Source: a bacterium (GTDB lineage: Bacteria; Myxococcota; UBA727; JAUIJE01). Taken from it: a stretch of 64,000 nucleotides of DNA. Where the stretch lies: positions 12,115-76,114 of the forward strand of contig JAUIJE010000018.1 of NCBI GenBank assembly GCA_030431455.1, given 5' to 3'. Positions 53,918 to 63,190 of the stretch are shown here, in pieces. The position numbers were made by a program, and so were the translations under genes. Below the pieces are notes generated by a model. That model did no database searches, was not told the origin of the DNA, and saw nothing but the letters and a program-made list of their open reading frames with translations. The stretch's first letter is position 1. Each line of letters starts with the position of its first letter.

Positions 53918-55297
53918 CTAATCGAACGCGGCTTCGAGGGCTTCGTCGAGGGTTTTGACCGGCAGGAGGACGAGGCCGTCGGGCACGTCCAGGCGGTCGG
54001 CGCCGGCGGCGGGAACCAGCGCGCGGGAAAAGCCCAGGTCGCGGATTTCGCGCAGGCGCTCCTCGGCGCGGAACACCCCGCGGATTTCTCCGGACAGGCC
54101 GACCTCGCCAAAACAGACGAGCCCGTCGTCGACGGGGCGGTTCTTCAGGGAACTGGCGATGCTGAGCGCCACCGGGAGGTCGGCCGCGGTCTCGTTGACC
54201 TGCACGCCCCCCGCGATGTTCACGAACAGGTCTTGGCCTTGCACCGACAGCCCGCAGGCGCGCTCGAGGACCGCGGCGAGCAGGGCGCACCTCGTCGAGT
54301 CAAAGCCGAGCGTGGTCCGGCGCGGCTGCCCGAACGGGGCCTCCACGCAAAGTCCCTGCACCTCGACCAGCACCGGGCGGGAGCCTTCGATCACCGAGCC
54401 CACCACCGAGCCGGGTTTGCCCGCGGGGCGTTCGGCCAGAAAAAAGGCCGAGGGGTTGTCGACCTCGCGGAGGCCGTCGCCGCGCATCTCGAACACCGCG
54501 AGCTCATTGGTCGAGCCGAACCGGTTCTTGTGGGACCGCAGCACCCGGTACGGCCCTTGTCGGGTGCTCTCGAACTGCAGCACGGTATCCACCATATGCT
54601 CGAGCGTTCGTGGCCCGGCGATGGCCCCGTCTTTGGTCACGTGCCCGACGACAAAGGTGCTCACCCCCCGCACCTTGGCCAGCTGCATCAGGCGCGAACA
54701 CACCTCGCGCACTTGGTTGACCGACCCCGGCGCGCTGGGCACGTCGGGCACGAACACCGTCTGCACGCTGTCCACGATCAGCGCCCGGGGGCGCTCCTTT
54801 TCCACCGCGGCCCAGATGACGTCCATGTCCGTCTCGGGCAGGAGCAACAGCTTCTCGTCGAGGGCGTCGAGCCGCTCGGCCCGCATCTTGGTCTGGACCG
54901 CGGACTCTTCGGCGCTGACGTAGAGTGTGCGCTGGCCGGCCTGGGCCAACCGGTACGCGGCGGTGAGCAACAGCGTGCTCTTGCCCACGCCGGGCTCGCC
55001 CCCGATCAGCACCAAGCCGCCGGGCACCACCCCGCCGCCGAGCACCCGGTCGAACTCGCCGATGCCGAGCGGCACCCGCGCCACGTCCTGCATCTCGACC
55101 TCGGTGATCGGCACCGCCTGGCGCAGCCCTTCGCCACGGCCGCGGCGCGAAACGCCGCTGTTGCCCTTGGGGCCCGCCGGCGCCTTGTATTCGACGAAGC
55201 TGTTCCACGCGTTGCAGCCCGGGCAGCGCCCGTGCCACTTGCTCGCGTCGTATCCGCACGCCTCACAGACGAAGGACACCTTGGCCTTTTTCGCCAT
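53918..55297 (-). CDS. radA: DNA repair protein RadA/Sms
   Basis: N-terminal zinc finger FVCEACGYDASKWHGRCPGC, Walker A GGEPGVGKST, KNRFG motif, and a Lon-like C-domain. Confidence 0.92.
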   Translation of the reverse strand: MAKKAKVSFVCEACGYDASKWHGRCPGCNAWNSFVEYKAPAGPKGNSGVSRRGRGEGLRQAVPITEVEMQDVARVPLGIGEFDRVLGGGVVPGGLVLIGGEPGVGKSTLLLTAAYRLAQAGQRTLYVSAEESAVQTKMRAERLDALDEKLLLLPETDMDVIWAAVEKERPRALIVDSVQTVFVPDVPSAPGSVNQVREVCSRLMQLAKVRGVSTFVVGHVTKDGAIAGPRTLEHMVDTVLQFESTRQGPYRVLRSHKNRFGSTNELAVFEMRGDGLREVDNPSAFFLAERPAGKPGSVVGSVIEGSRPVLVEVQGLCVEAPFGQPRRTTLGFDSTRCALLAAVLERACGLSVQGQDLFVNIAGGVQVNETAADLPVALSIASSLKNRPVDDGLVCFGEVGLSGEIRGVFRAEERLREIRDLGFSRALVPAAGADRLDVPDGLVLLPVKTLDEALEAAFD

Positions 55298-55410
55298 CTT
55301 CCCTCCTCCATGACATCCGAAGCCGCCCCCGCGCGGGTTGCGGTGGGCGGCTTGGAGTGCGCCAAAAGTGACGCAAAAACAGATGCTTATCCGGGCGGTG
55401 GCCCGCCGGA

Positions 55411-55896
55411 TCAGTGGTGGTGACCGCCCGGGCCGTGGATGTGGCCGTGGGCGACTTCCTCTTTGCTCGCTTTGCGAATCTCCGCGACCTTGATCTCGAA
55501 GGTCAGGACCTTGCCCGCGAGCTCGTGGTTGAAGTCGACGGTGACCTCTTTGGCTCCAATGAGACTGATTCGCGCTTCCATCTCGCGGCCGTCGGGGCTC
55601 TGCGCCACCACCCGGTCACCGACGTCAAACTGCGCGCCCGGCCCGAACTGGCTCTTGGGCACCAGGTGCACGAGGTTGTCGTCCCGCACGCCGTAGCCGT
55701 CCTCGGGCTGCACCGTCACGGTCTTCTCGGCGCCCACCTCGAGCCCTTCGAGTTCGCGCTCGAGGCCGGGGATGATGTTGCCGAACCCGTGCAGGTACCA
55801 CAGAGGGTGGCCCGGCTCGGACTGGTCGACCACGATGTCGCCTTCGATGGTCAGCTTGTAGTCGATGGCGACGGCTTTTTCTTTTCCGATTTGCAT
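55411..55896 (-). CDS. slyD: FKBP-type peptidyl-prolyl isomerase, SlyD-like
   Basis: AIDYKLT...GNIIPGLERELEGLEVGAEKTVTVQPEDGYG...VDFNHELAGKVLTFEIKV and a His-rich tail. Confidence 0.85.
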   Translation of the reverse strand: MQIGKEKAVAIDYKLTIEGDIVVDQSEPGHPLWYLHGFGNIIPGLERELEGLEVGAEKTVTVQPEDGYGVRDDNLVHLVPKSQFGPGAQFDVGDRVVAQSPDGREMEARISLIGAKEVTVDFNHELAGKVLTFEIKVAEIRKASKEEVAHGHIHGPGGHHH

Positions 55897-55955
55897 GCCC
55901 GAGCACTAGCCGGTGCACGGCAAAGCCAAAAGACCATTCCGCAAAATCGGGTCGC

Positions 55956-56501
55956 TCAGAAGAGCAGCAGGCGAGTCAGCCACGAGGCGGCGAGCAGCCC
56001 GGCGAGGTCGGCCAACAGGCCGGCGTAGAGCGCGTGGCGGATTTTGCGGATGCCGACGGAGCCGAAGTAGACCGCGAGCACGTAGAACGTCGTCTCGGTG
56101 CTGCCCCCCATCACCGCCGCGGTGGTGGCGGGCAGGGTGTCGACCCCGTGGGCCTCGATCGTCTCGACGAGCACCCCGTCGGCGCCGCCCCCCGACAGCG
56201 GGCGGATGAGCCCCATGGGCAACGTCTCCGCGGGCACGCCCACGAGGCTGAGCACGGGGCGCATCACGTCGGCGAGCAGGTCGAGCAGGCCCGCGGAGCG
56301 CACCATGCCCACCGCCACCAGCACCGCCACCAGGTAGGGGATGATGCGCACCGCGACGTCGAAGCCTTCCTTGGCCCCCTCGACGAACACCTCGTAGACC
56401 GGGACCTTCTTCACCGCGCCCACGAGCACGATGAACGCGATGACGAACGGGATCGCCCCCGCGCCCACCGCCCGCGCGACCAGCTGCAACCCCTCGGTCA
56501 T
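55956..56501 (-). CDS. spmB: nucleoside-recognition/spore maturation protein B-like membrane protein
   Basis: ATG at 56501. IRPLSGGGADGV and GGSTETTFYVLAVYFG motifs. Overlaps the spmA-like stop. Confidence 0.7.
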   Translation of the reverse strand: MTEGLQLVARAVGAGAIPFVIAFIVLVGAVKKVPVYEVFVEGAKEGFDVAVRIIPYLVAVLVAVGMVRSAGLLDLLADVMRPVLSLVGVPAETLPMGLIRPLSGGGADGVLVETIEAHGVDTLPATTAAVMGGSTETTFYVLAVYFGSVGIRKIRHALYAGLLADLAGLLAASWLTRLLLF

Positions 56502-57175
56502 GGGGTGGCCTCCGCCGGCGGGGTGCCGGTCTCGTCGTCGTCGAGGGAAAAACGCGGCCCGAGCAGCTTGGCCACCAACACCGCCACCACCGTCGAGCAC
56601 AGGGTGGCGAGCAGGGTGGGCAGCAGGATCGCCACCGGGTCGGCGCTGTCGTACTTGGCGCGCATGGCGATGACGCGGATGGGGATGAGGGTCAGGCCCG
56701 AGGTGTTGATGGCCAAAAACAGCACCATGGCGTTGCTGGCGAGGTGTTTTTTGGGGTTGAGCTCTTGGAGGTGGCGCATGGCCTCGAGCCCGAGGGGGGT
56801 GGCGGCGTTGCCGAGGCCGAGCATGTTGGCGGCCATGTTCATCACCATCGCGCCCATGGCGGGGTGGTCGGGGGGCACGTCGGGGAACAGCCGGGTCATC
56901 ACCGGGCGCAACAGGCGGGCGAGCATGGCCACCAGCCCGGCGCGTTCGGCCACGCGCAGAAGGCCCATCCACAGGGCGAGCACCCCGATGAGCCCGATGG
57001 CGAGGCTGACCGCCGACTCCGCGCTCTGGATCGCGCCATCGGTGAGCAGCTTGAGGTGCACGGCCACGTCGTCGGGCTGGCCCGGCGGCCGCAACGCGGG
57101 GAGCACGCCGACATCGCAGAGCAGGGCCACCGCGAAGGCGAGCAGAATCAGGCCGACAAACACGCGGTTCACCAC
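56498..57175 (-). CDS. spmA: nucleoside-recognition/spore maturation protein A-like membrane protein
   Basis: Polytopic membrane protein paired with the spmB-like gene. NMAANMLGLGNAATPLGL motif. Confidence 0.7.
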   Translation of the reverse strand: MVNRVFVGLILLAFAVALLCDVGVLPALRPPGQPDDVAVHLKLLTDGAIQSAESAVSLAIGLIGVLALWMGLLRVAERAGLVAMLARLLRPVMTRLFPDVPPDHPAMGAMVMNMAANMLGLGNAATPLGLEAMRHLQELNPKKHLASNAMVLFLAINTSGLTLIPIRVIAMRAKYDSADPVAILLPTLLATLCSTVVAVLVAKLLGPRFSLDDDETGTPPAEATP

Positions 57176-57244
57176 AAAAGGCTACCGCCCGCTCGAGAGG
57201 GTTCGAAATTTCCCGCCTGCCCGACCGTTGACCCCGGGGCGTAC

Positions 57245-58066
57245 ATGCGAAAAAACCGTTCGGTGACCCGCAGACTCGTCGTCGCGTTGGTGTTGTTGGT
57301 GGTGGGCATCGCCTTGCCCGTGGCCGCGGTGAAGACGTTCGGGGCCCCGTGGGGGTTCGGGGATCGGGCCGCGGTGGTGCTCGAGAAGGTGGGGGTGGCC
57401 GAGCTCTACCCGGGGCCCAAGCACCCCGACCGCCGCACCCAGCCGGTGACGGCCGAGACCGACCTGCTCGCGGGCGATGAGGTGCGGGTGTCGTCGTTGG
57501 TCTCGATGGTGCGGTTCAAGCACCGGCGGGGCGAAGCGCAGCTGTCCACCGGCGGGCGGATGGTGTTTTTCGACGACCGCTTCGAGCTCGAGCGGGGGCG
57601 CATGACCGGGACGGTGGGGGTGGGCCCCATGCTGGTCGACGTGGGCCAGGTGGGATCGGTCGAGTTCGACCAGGGGGCGTTTGTCGTCGTCGCCGACGGG
57701 CAGGGTCACGCGTTGGTCAAAGCCGAGACCGGCGGTTTTCGGGTCGCGAAGAAGGGCGGCTCGTGGCTCTCGGGGCGGGCGGGCGAGGTGGCGGTGCTGC
57801 GGCGGGGGGAGGAGCCCGAGGTGCCGGCCGCGGTGGCCAAGCTGACGCTCAACGCGTCGTGCAAAAAGATCGATCAGACCAATGTGATTGTGCGCGGGCG
57901 GGCCCCGTTGTTGAGCGAGGTGTTGGTGGCGGGGCGGTTGGTGTTCCCCGACGCGGGCAATGTGTTTGAGCTGACCCTGGCCCGGCCCGACAGCGGGCAG
58001 GTCAAGCTCTTCGCCCGGGACGCGGCCGGGGAGACCACCCGGGCGGTGGCGCGCTGCGGGACCTGA
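57245..58066 (+). CDS. membrane-anchored FecR-like domain protein (273 aa)
   Basis: ATG at 57245. N-terminal TM helix LVVALVLLVVGIALPVAAV. Beta-rich ectodomain. Confidence 0.5.
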   Translation: MRKNRSVTRRLVVALVLLVVGIALPVAAVKTFGAPWGFGDRAAVVLEKVGVAELYPGPKHPDRRTQPVTAETDLLAGDEVRVSSLVSMVRFKHRRGEAQLSTGGRMVFFDDRFELERGRMTGTVGVGPMLVDVGQVGSVEFDQGAFVVVADGQGHALVKAETGGFRVAKKGGSWLSGRAGEVAVLRRGEEPEVPAAVAKLTLNASCKKIDQTNVIVRGRAPLLSEVLVAGRLVFPDAGNVFELTLARPDSGQVKLFARDAAGETTRAVARCGT

Positions 58067-58791
58067 TGGCGGGCGCACGGCGAGGACCCAAAAAGACCGG
58101 GAAAAAGACCGGCAAGAAGACGGGCGAGAAGAAGTCCGGGACGGGCAAGTCCTCGTCGGGGTTCGTCAAGCGCGGCAACGCCCGCTACGACCGGCACGAC
58201 GCGTACTACAAAAAGGCCAAGCGCGAAGGGTTCGTGGCCCGCTCGGTGTACAAGCTCGAAGAGATCGACGCGCAGTATCATTTGCTGCACAAAGGCGACA
58301 AGGTCCTCGACCTCGGGTGCGCGCCGGGCAGTTGGCTGCAATACGTGCAGAAGAAGCTCGACCCCGCCCGGGGGGGGCAGGCGGTGGGCATCGATCTTCT
58401 GCCCACCCACACCGGGTTTCCGTCGTGGGTCGAGACCCGCATCGGCGACATCTACGACGAGGACGCGCAGGGCCTGCTCCCCGATGGGGTGGACGCGTTC
58501 ACGGTGGTGCTCAGCGACATGGCCCCCAACACCACCGGGGTGCGCACCGTCGACCAGGCCCGCTCCATGGCCCTGTGCGAGCATGCGCTCTATCTCGCGG
58601 AGGAGCTGCTCGCCCCCGGGGGACGGTTCTGCGTCAAGGTGCTCGAGGGCGGGGACATGCCACAGTTTTTGACCCGGTGCCGAGAGGTGTTCGACACCGT
58701 CAAGATCAAGCGGCCCAAGGGCACGCGGGACACCAGCAGCGAGACCTACGTGGTGGGCTTGGACCGGAAAAAGCGCTCTAGCGCGGGGTGA
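58066..58791 (+). CDS. rlmE: 23S rRNA 2'-O-ribose methyltransferase RlmE (FtsJ) with Lys-rich N-extension
   Basis: RSVYKLEEID, VLDLGCAPGSWLQY, VLSDMAPNTTG, KVLEG. Confidence 0.85.
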   Translation: MAGARRGPKKTGKKTGKKTGEKKSGTGKSSSGFVKRGNARYDRHDAYYKKAKREGFVARSVYKLEEIDAQYHLLHKGDKVLDLGCAPGSWLQYVQKKLDPARGGQAVGIDLLPTHTGFPSWVETRIGDIYDEDAQGLLPDGVDAFTVVLSDMAPNTTGVRTVDQARSMALCEHALYLAEELLAPGGRFCVKVLEGGDMPQFLTRCREVFDTVKIKRPKGTRDTSSETYVVGLDRKKRSSAG

Positions 58792-59932
58792 GCACGAGCT
58801 TGCCCCCGGGCTCGTCCAGTTCCATTTTGAACCGCGACAAGAAGGACAGGCCGAGCAGGCCATCGATGCTGTCGTCGAGGTTCTTCACCACCACGACCTC
58901 GACGCGCGCGGCCTTCGCCCCCACGAGCTGGATCTCGTCCGCGTGGGTGGTCTGGCCCGAGGTCACCCCGTTGGCGGTCTTGAGCAGAATGCGGCGCCCC
59001 CCGTCGGTGGACAGCCCCGCCTGCGCGGCGAACCCCGGGGTGACGCTGACCAAACTCGCGCCGGTGTCGACGAGGAAGCGGCCCTTGTGGCCGTTGATCT
59101 TGGCCGTCACCGGGATGGTGCGGCCGGGCACAAACTTGACCACGGTCTTGGCCCCGCTGGTCCGCTCTCCACATTTTCCCGCGGATTCCAGGCGGTTGAG
59201 CCGGGCCACGATCTTGGGGCGGCCGGCGTACTCCGGGTGCATGTGGATGAGGTGCTCGATGGGGAAGAGCCCGTCACACGGGCGGCCCAGCTTTTCGTAG
59301 GCCTTGGAGAGGTCGAACGGACAAGAGGTCGCGGTGGGCAACAGCAGCAGGCATTGCTCGTAGTCGGCGGCGGCCTTTTCGTGATCGCCCATCAAGGTAT
59401 AGGCCTGACCGCGCCACCAGTAGTAGTCCTGGTCTTCGGGAACCTCGTCGACGAGCACGGTGGCTTCGCGCACCGCCTGGTCAAACTCGCTGAGCTGTTT
59501 GTGGGCGTGGTAGGTCACCCACCGCATCCGGGGCAAGGCGCCGCACTGCTCCCAAAAGGCGTGCGCGGTGTTGATCGCGCCGCGGTAATCGCCAGCGCGG
59601 TTCTTGGCCTCCCCGAGTTGGATCGCGGCGCGCCGATCACACGGCTCGCGCTCGATGATGTCGCTGAGCTTGCGGACGTCGGCCGCGTGACGGCCGTAGT
59701 CGAACGGCCCTTCGATCTGGGTCAGGGCAAAACCCGCGCCCCCCAAAAGCCCCACCGCGGCCACCGCCGCGAGGGCGGTGCGGACCTTGGCCCGCTTGCG
59801 CCGGACGAGGAGGCATTCGGGGCACACCGTCTCGACGCCGCTGAGCATCTGGCAGGCGTCGCAGATCGGGCGCACACACTCGGCGCACAGCCCGCGGGCT
59901 TCGGTATCACGGTGGCGGTGGCAGCGTTCCAT
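58778..59932 (-). CDS. membrane protein: N-terminal zinc-ribbon, TM, TPR-like region, retropepsin-like (clan AA) aspartyl protease domain
   Basis: CHRH...CAEC...CDAC...CPEC cysteines. TM helix ALAAVAAVGLLGGAGFAL. FLVDTGASLVSVT is a D-T-G-A motif. Confidence 0.65.
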   Translation of the reverse strand: MERCHRHRDTEARGLCAECVRPICDACQMLSGVETVCPECLLVRRKRAKVRTALAAVAAVGLLGGAGFALTQIEGPFDYGRHAADVRKLSDIIEREPCDRRAAIQLGEAKNRAGDYRGAINTAHAFWEQCGALPRMRWVTYHAHKQLSEFDQAVREATVLVDEVPEDQDYYWWRGQAYTLMGDHEKAAADYEQCLLLLPTATSCPFDLSKAYEKLGRPCDGLFPIEHLIHMHPEYAGRPKIVARLNRLESAGKCGERTSGAKTVVKFVPGRTIPVTAKINGHKGRFLVDTGASLVSVTPGFAAQAGLSTDGGRRILLKTANGVTSGQTTHADEIQLVGAKAARVEVVVVKNLDDSIDGLLGLSFLSRFKMELDEPGGKLVLTPR

Positions 59933-60040
59933 GCCCCAAGATGGGATGAGGCGATGCCCCGGTCAACGGGGGGCGGCGAGGCGGGCCGACGTTCGATATC
60001 GTGCGGCCCGAGCGCGGCGGGTGCCGGGACGGAGGCTCTG

Positions 60041-60313
60041 ATGATTCTGGTGTACATCGCGATCCCGTTTTTGCTGGTCGGGGGCACAATGTTTGTGCGT
60101 GGGTGGGTCTACACGATCTGGCCCGATGGCAAGATGGCGGACAAGCGGAAGCGGCGGAACCTCAAGATCGGCTTCCCCACGGACATGAAATTCTTCGGGC
60201 GAAAGGTCCGGCGCCTCGGGCTCATCTTGTTGCTCGTCGGGGGCGGCTTGATCGGTTGGCACTATTCGAGCCCCGAAGCGTCCCCGGGCGAGGTCCCGGT
60301 CGAAGGGGCGTGA
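60041..60313 (+). CDS. small two-TM membrane protein (90 aa)
   Basis: Internal ATG at 60041 of a long spurious-looking track ORF. Helices ILVYIAIPFLLVGGTMFV and LGLILLLVGGGLIGW. Confidence 0.4.
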   Translation: MILVYIAIPFLLVGGTMFVRGWVYTIWPDGKMADKRKRRNLKIGFPTDMKFFGRKVRRLGLILLLVGGGLIGWHYSSPEASPGEVPVEGA

Positions 60314-60322
60314 GCGAGACAC

Positions 60323-60372
60323 AAAAAATCCCCTGAGGGCATGCGCGCGATGGCCAATCGCGCCCTCAGGGG
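60323..60372 (-). terminator. intrinsic terminator (functional orientation: minus strand)
   Basis: The minus strand reads CCCCTGAGGGC...GCCCTCAGGGG, an 11-bp outer stem with further inner pairs, followed by ATTTTTTGT. There is no T-tract on the plus-strand side. Confidence 0.6.
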
Positions 60373-60665
60373 GCGGTGGTAGAGGGGTTGCCTCGCACCA
60401 TTTTTTTGGGCGGTGTTGCCGTCGTGGCTATCCCGACGGGGACCGCCTACGCGGGAGGACCCGCGCATCTGGCTGGCGCTAGGACGCCACCACCTCACAG
60501 GCCATAGGGTTACTACCAGACACTGGATCACCTCCCTTCGCGGCGTAGGCGAGACGCCCTTTTTCGTCTCCCCGCCCTCGCGCCGCCGGTGCACGAACAC
60601 GGGACCGCCGGACTGATTTCCGACTTGGGGTGCGTGTCCCACCCCTCGAACCCCCAGCCTACCAA
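60373..60665 (-). ncRNA. candidate structured non-coding RNA of unknown class (5' end approximate)
   Basis: No credible ORF. Nested long-range helices: 60445-60458 with 60531-60550, 60569-60577 with 60672-60680, and 60378-60389 with 60649-60663. Local hairpins at 60551-60570 and 60627-60645. Own terminator downstream. Confidence 0.4.
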
Positions 60666-60729
60666 TCGACCGGGCGGGGAGCCAAAACCTGTCTCACACG
60701 CCACTGGCGCGACACGTCCCCGGGCGGGG

Positions 60730-62589
60730 CTACGGAAGCGGAAGCTGGGTGAGGTTGAGCACGTAGGCGCCCTCGTCCCCCGCGTCCCGGCCGTCGACGA
60801 CGATGTAGTAGGTGCCCGGCGCCAGGTCCTCGTCGAGGTGGTCGGGGTCCGACGATTTGAACAAGGCGTCCTCGCTCGAGCCACACACCGGGCTCAGGTA
60901 CACCTCCGGGTGTTCGTAGGTGGCGATGAGGTCGAGCACCACGCGGGTGGGCGCGGTCACCTCGATGGCGTACACCTCGTCGCCGGCCGCGCCGCGTTGT
61001 ACCCGGGGCGCGAACTTGGAGGGCAGGCCGCCGGTGTTGCCGCTGACGTTGGTGTTGCCGGTGAGCAAGGTGGCGCCGCTGCACAATGTGACAGGATCGG
61101 CAATGGCCGCGGTCGCGACCGGGCCCCCCGGGTCGGCGGTGTAGCCGAGCTCCTTGGCCACGATGTATTCGCCAGCATCGAGCAGGCCCTGGGGAAAGGG
61201 AAACGGAACCGCGCCCAGCGGGTCACACCCGTCGAGGAGCACGAGGTCGCCTTGGGTGGTGGGCACGTCGAACAGAACCACCGACGGCTCGGTCAGGCTG
61301 AGGGAAAACAGCGCCTCGTCTTTGCCGTAGCTGGGGCGACAGTCGCCCAGGGCGTTGGTGCGCCCGGGCTCGTCCGCGGCCAACGCGAACGTGCCGCCGG
61401 CGGAGACATCCACCGCGAGGTCGCAGGCGAGGGCCTCGGCGGGTTCGAGGGTGGGGGTGAGCTGAAACTCGTACGGCGCGTCGGGAATCCCGGGAAAGCC
61501 GCGCGCAGCGGTGACGGTCACGATGTGGGTACCGGCCTCGAGCCGTTCGCAGCTTCGTTCGGTGGTGGGGAGCAAGCAGAAGAAGGAGCCGCATGAAAAA
61601 CAAGTCTCGGCCGGGGCGGCCGCGTCGCAGCTGTCGGTGACCTCGACGTAGTACACCGCTTCGTCGAAGTTCCCGTCGCCGGGGATGGCCTCGAGGTCGA
61701 GGGCGAGGTTGAGCACGGACGGTTCGGTCACGTCGATGTCGAAGTAGACCGCCCACCCACAGCTGTCGGACGGCTCGCCCCCGGCGGTGGACTGGCCCAC
61801 GGTCTGGCCCGAGGTGAGCGGGCTGGCGCTCTCGCACTGTCCATTGTCCACCGCGCACGCGGGATCCGCGGCGTTGGCCACGCCGTTGCAGTCCTCGTCG
61901 CCGAGCAGGTCGCAGTCCTCCGCGGGCGCGGGCACGGTGGGGTCAAGGTCGTCGCAGTCGTTGCCCCCGCACACGGGTGCATCGACATTGTCGCCATCGA
62001 TGTCGCACGGGTCGTAAAAGTAACACGTGCCCTCGAAACAGTAGTCTTGGGTGCCCAGGTCGCCGTCGTCACAATCTTCATCGCCGGTGCACGCGTCGTC
62101 GCCGTCGCCGTCGCCGTCTCCATCTCCGTCTCCGTCTCCGTCTCCGTCACCGCCACATTCGGCCGCGTAGTCCGCGCAACAATCGCCGAGCTGCACACAC
62201 TCCAGGTCACATTGGCATGGGGCCCCGTCGACGAAGGTGCCGCACCGGCCGGCGCAGCTCAGGTCACCATCCCCGTCACCATCCCCATCCCCGTCGCCGT
62301 CGCCGTCGCCGTCGCCGTCTCCATCTCCGTCCCCGTCGCCATCACCATCTCCATCTCCGTCGCCGTCGCCGTCGCCGTCGCCGTCTCCATCTCCGTCACC
62401 ATCACCATCACCATCTCCATCCCCGTCGCCGTCGCCGTCACCGTCTCCATCACCATCTCCGTCACCGTCACCGTCACCATCTCCATCGCCCACGGCGTCC
62501 CCCGTGCACGCGGGGACGGCCCAGCACATCATCAGACCACACAGGAGCAGGACAAAAGCACGCACCAACGCCACGGCGCCTCCCAACAT
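60730..62589 (-). CDS. secreted protein: (GD)38 tract, somatomedin-B-like 8-Cys module, second (DG)n tract, MopE-type Cys/Asp motif, PPC-like jelly rolls
   Basis: Signal peptide with [80 protein letters not shown]-terminal [22 protein letters not shown]. Confidence 0.75.
   Translation of the reverse strand: MLGGAVALVRAFVLLLCGLMMCWAVPACTGDAVGDGDGDGDGDGDGDGDGDGDGDGDGDGDGDGDGDGDGDGDGDGDGDGDGDGDGDGDGDGDGDGDGDGDGDGDGDGDLSCAGRCGTFVDGAPCQCDLECVQLGDCCADYAAECGGDGDGDGDGDGDGDGDGDDACTGDEDCDDGDLGTQDYCFEGTCYFYDPCDIDGDNVDAPVCGGNDCDDLDPTVPAPAEDCDLLGDEDCNGVANAADPACAVDNGQCESASPLTSGQTVGQSTAGGEPSDSCGWAVYFDIDVTEPSVLNLALDLEAIPGDGNFDEAVYYVEVTDSCDAAAPAETCFSCGSFFCLLPTTERSCERLEAGTHIVTVTAARGFPGIPDAPYEFQLTPTLEPAEALACDLAVDVSAGGTFALAADEPGRTNALGDCRPSYGKDEALFSLSLTEPSVVLFDVPTTQGDLVLLDGCDPLGAVPFPFPQGLLDAGEYIVAKELGYTADPGGPVATAAIADPVTLCSGATLLTGNTNVSGNTGGLPSKFAPRVQRGAAGDEVYAIEVTAPTRVVLDLIATYEHPEVYLSPVCGSSEDALFKSSDPDHLDEDLAPGTYYIVVDGRDAGDEGAYVLNLTQLPLP
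62263..62490 (-). repeat. 228-nt uninterrupted Gly-Asp dipeptide-coding repeat (38 units) with scrambled synonymous codons
   Basis: On the plus strand every triplet alternates (GTC|ATC) with (ACC|CCC|GCC|TCC). A second, shorter tract lies at 62095-62154. Confidence 0.9.
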
Positions 62590-62717
62590 CGTTCTTGGGG
62601 TGAGACGTGCAGTTGGTGCTTCGTGGCCGAAAACCGTTCAAAGGATCGTCGCACAGTGTGCGAGATCTTCGGGCCGGGCCACAATGGTACTGTCTTCGTT
62701 CGGGGGGTGGGCCCGGC

Positions 62718-63140
62718 TCAGGCGCGCTCGAGCCACTGTTGCATCTGGGCCGCGGGCACGACCCCCGACTGCTCGAACACCGGCGCCCCGTCTTTGAACA
62801 CCATAAAATGCGGGATGCCGCGGATGCCGTAACGTTGGGACAAGCCCGGGTGGCGCTCGGTGTCGACCTTGAGCACCAGGGCGCGTCCGCCCATGGCCTG
62901 CGCGGTCTTTTTCACCTCGGGGGCGGCCATGCGGCAGGGGCCGCACCACGATGCCCAGAAGTCGACCAAGACCGGCACCTTGGCGTGCCCGGTGATGTCA
63001 GCGAACGCGGCCTCATCGACGTCGATGGGGCTGTCCATGGCCGGGAGCGGACGGCGACACGCGCCGCACTTTCCGTCGTCGGCCAGGTGGGCCGCGGGCA
63101 CGCGGTTCTTTTTGTGGCAGTGGGGGCAGCTTCTCAGCAT
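62718..63140 (-). CDS. trxC: thioredoxin 2-type (N-terminal zinc finger plus WCGPC thioredoxin fold)
   Basis: CPHC...CGAC, then [12 protein letters not shown] and [17 protein letters not shown] at 63140. Confidence 0.85.
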   Translation of the reverse strand: MLRSCPHCHKKNRVPAAHLADDGKCGACRRPLPAMDSPIDVDEAAFADITGHAKVPVLVDFWASWCGPCRMAAPEVKKTAQAMGGRALVLKVDTERHPGLSQRYGIRGIPHFMVFKDGAPVFEQSGVVPAAQMQQWLERA

Positions 63141-63190
63141 CACAGACCTCCCTGTCTCACACCGTGCGCACCCCCCGGGGGGCGACAAGC

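Noticed and set aside
60373-60665. tmRNA or RNase P RNA identity for the structured RNA candidate
   Set aside because: The minus-strand segment GGGGGTTCGAGGGGTGGGACACGCACCCCAAG superficially parallels the 5' part of tmRNA. Also, CCACGACGGCAACACCGCCC resembles the RNase P P4 3' strand. Against tmRNA: there is no T-arm before the 3' end, no G3:U70 acceptor pair and no Ala-rich tag ORF ending in a stop. Against RNase P: the near-invariant GAGGAAAGUCCGGGC element is missing.
62047-62832. Plus-strand ORFs translating the repeat as (PS)n or (VA/IS)n, and the idea that the periodic DNA is a CRISPR-like array
   Set aside because: They are alternative-frame or antisense readings of the Gly-Asp tract. 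The 6-nt period has no spacers, and the minus-strand frame continues into a signal peptide and Cys-rich domains.
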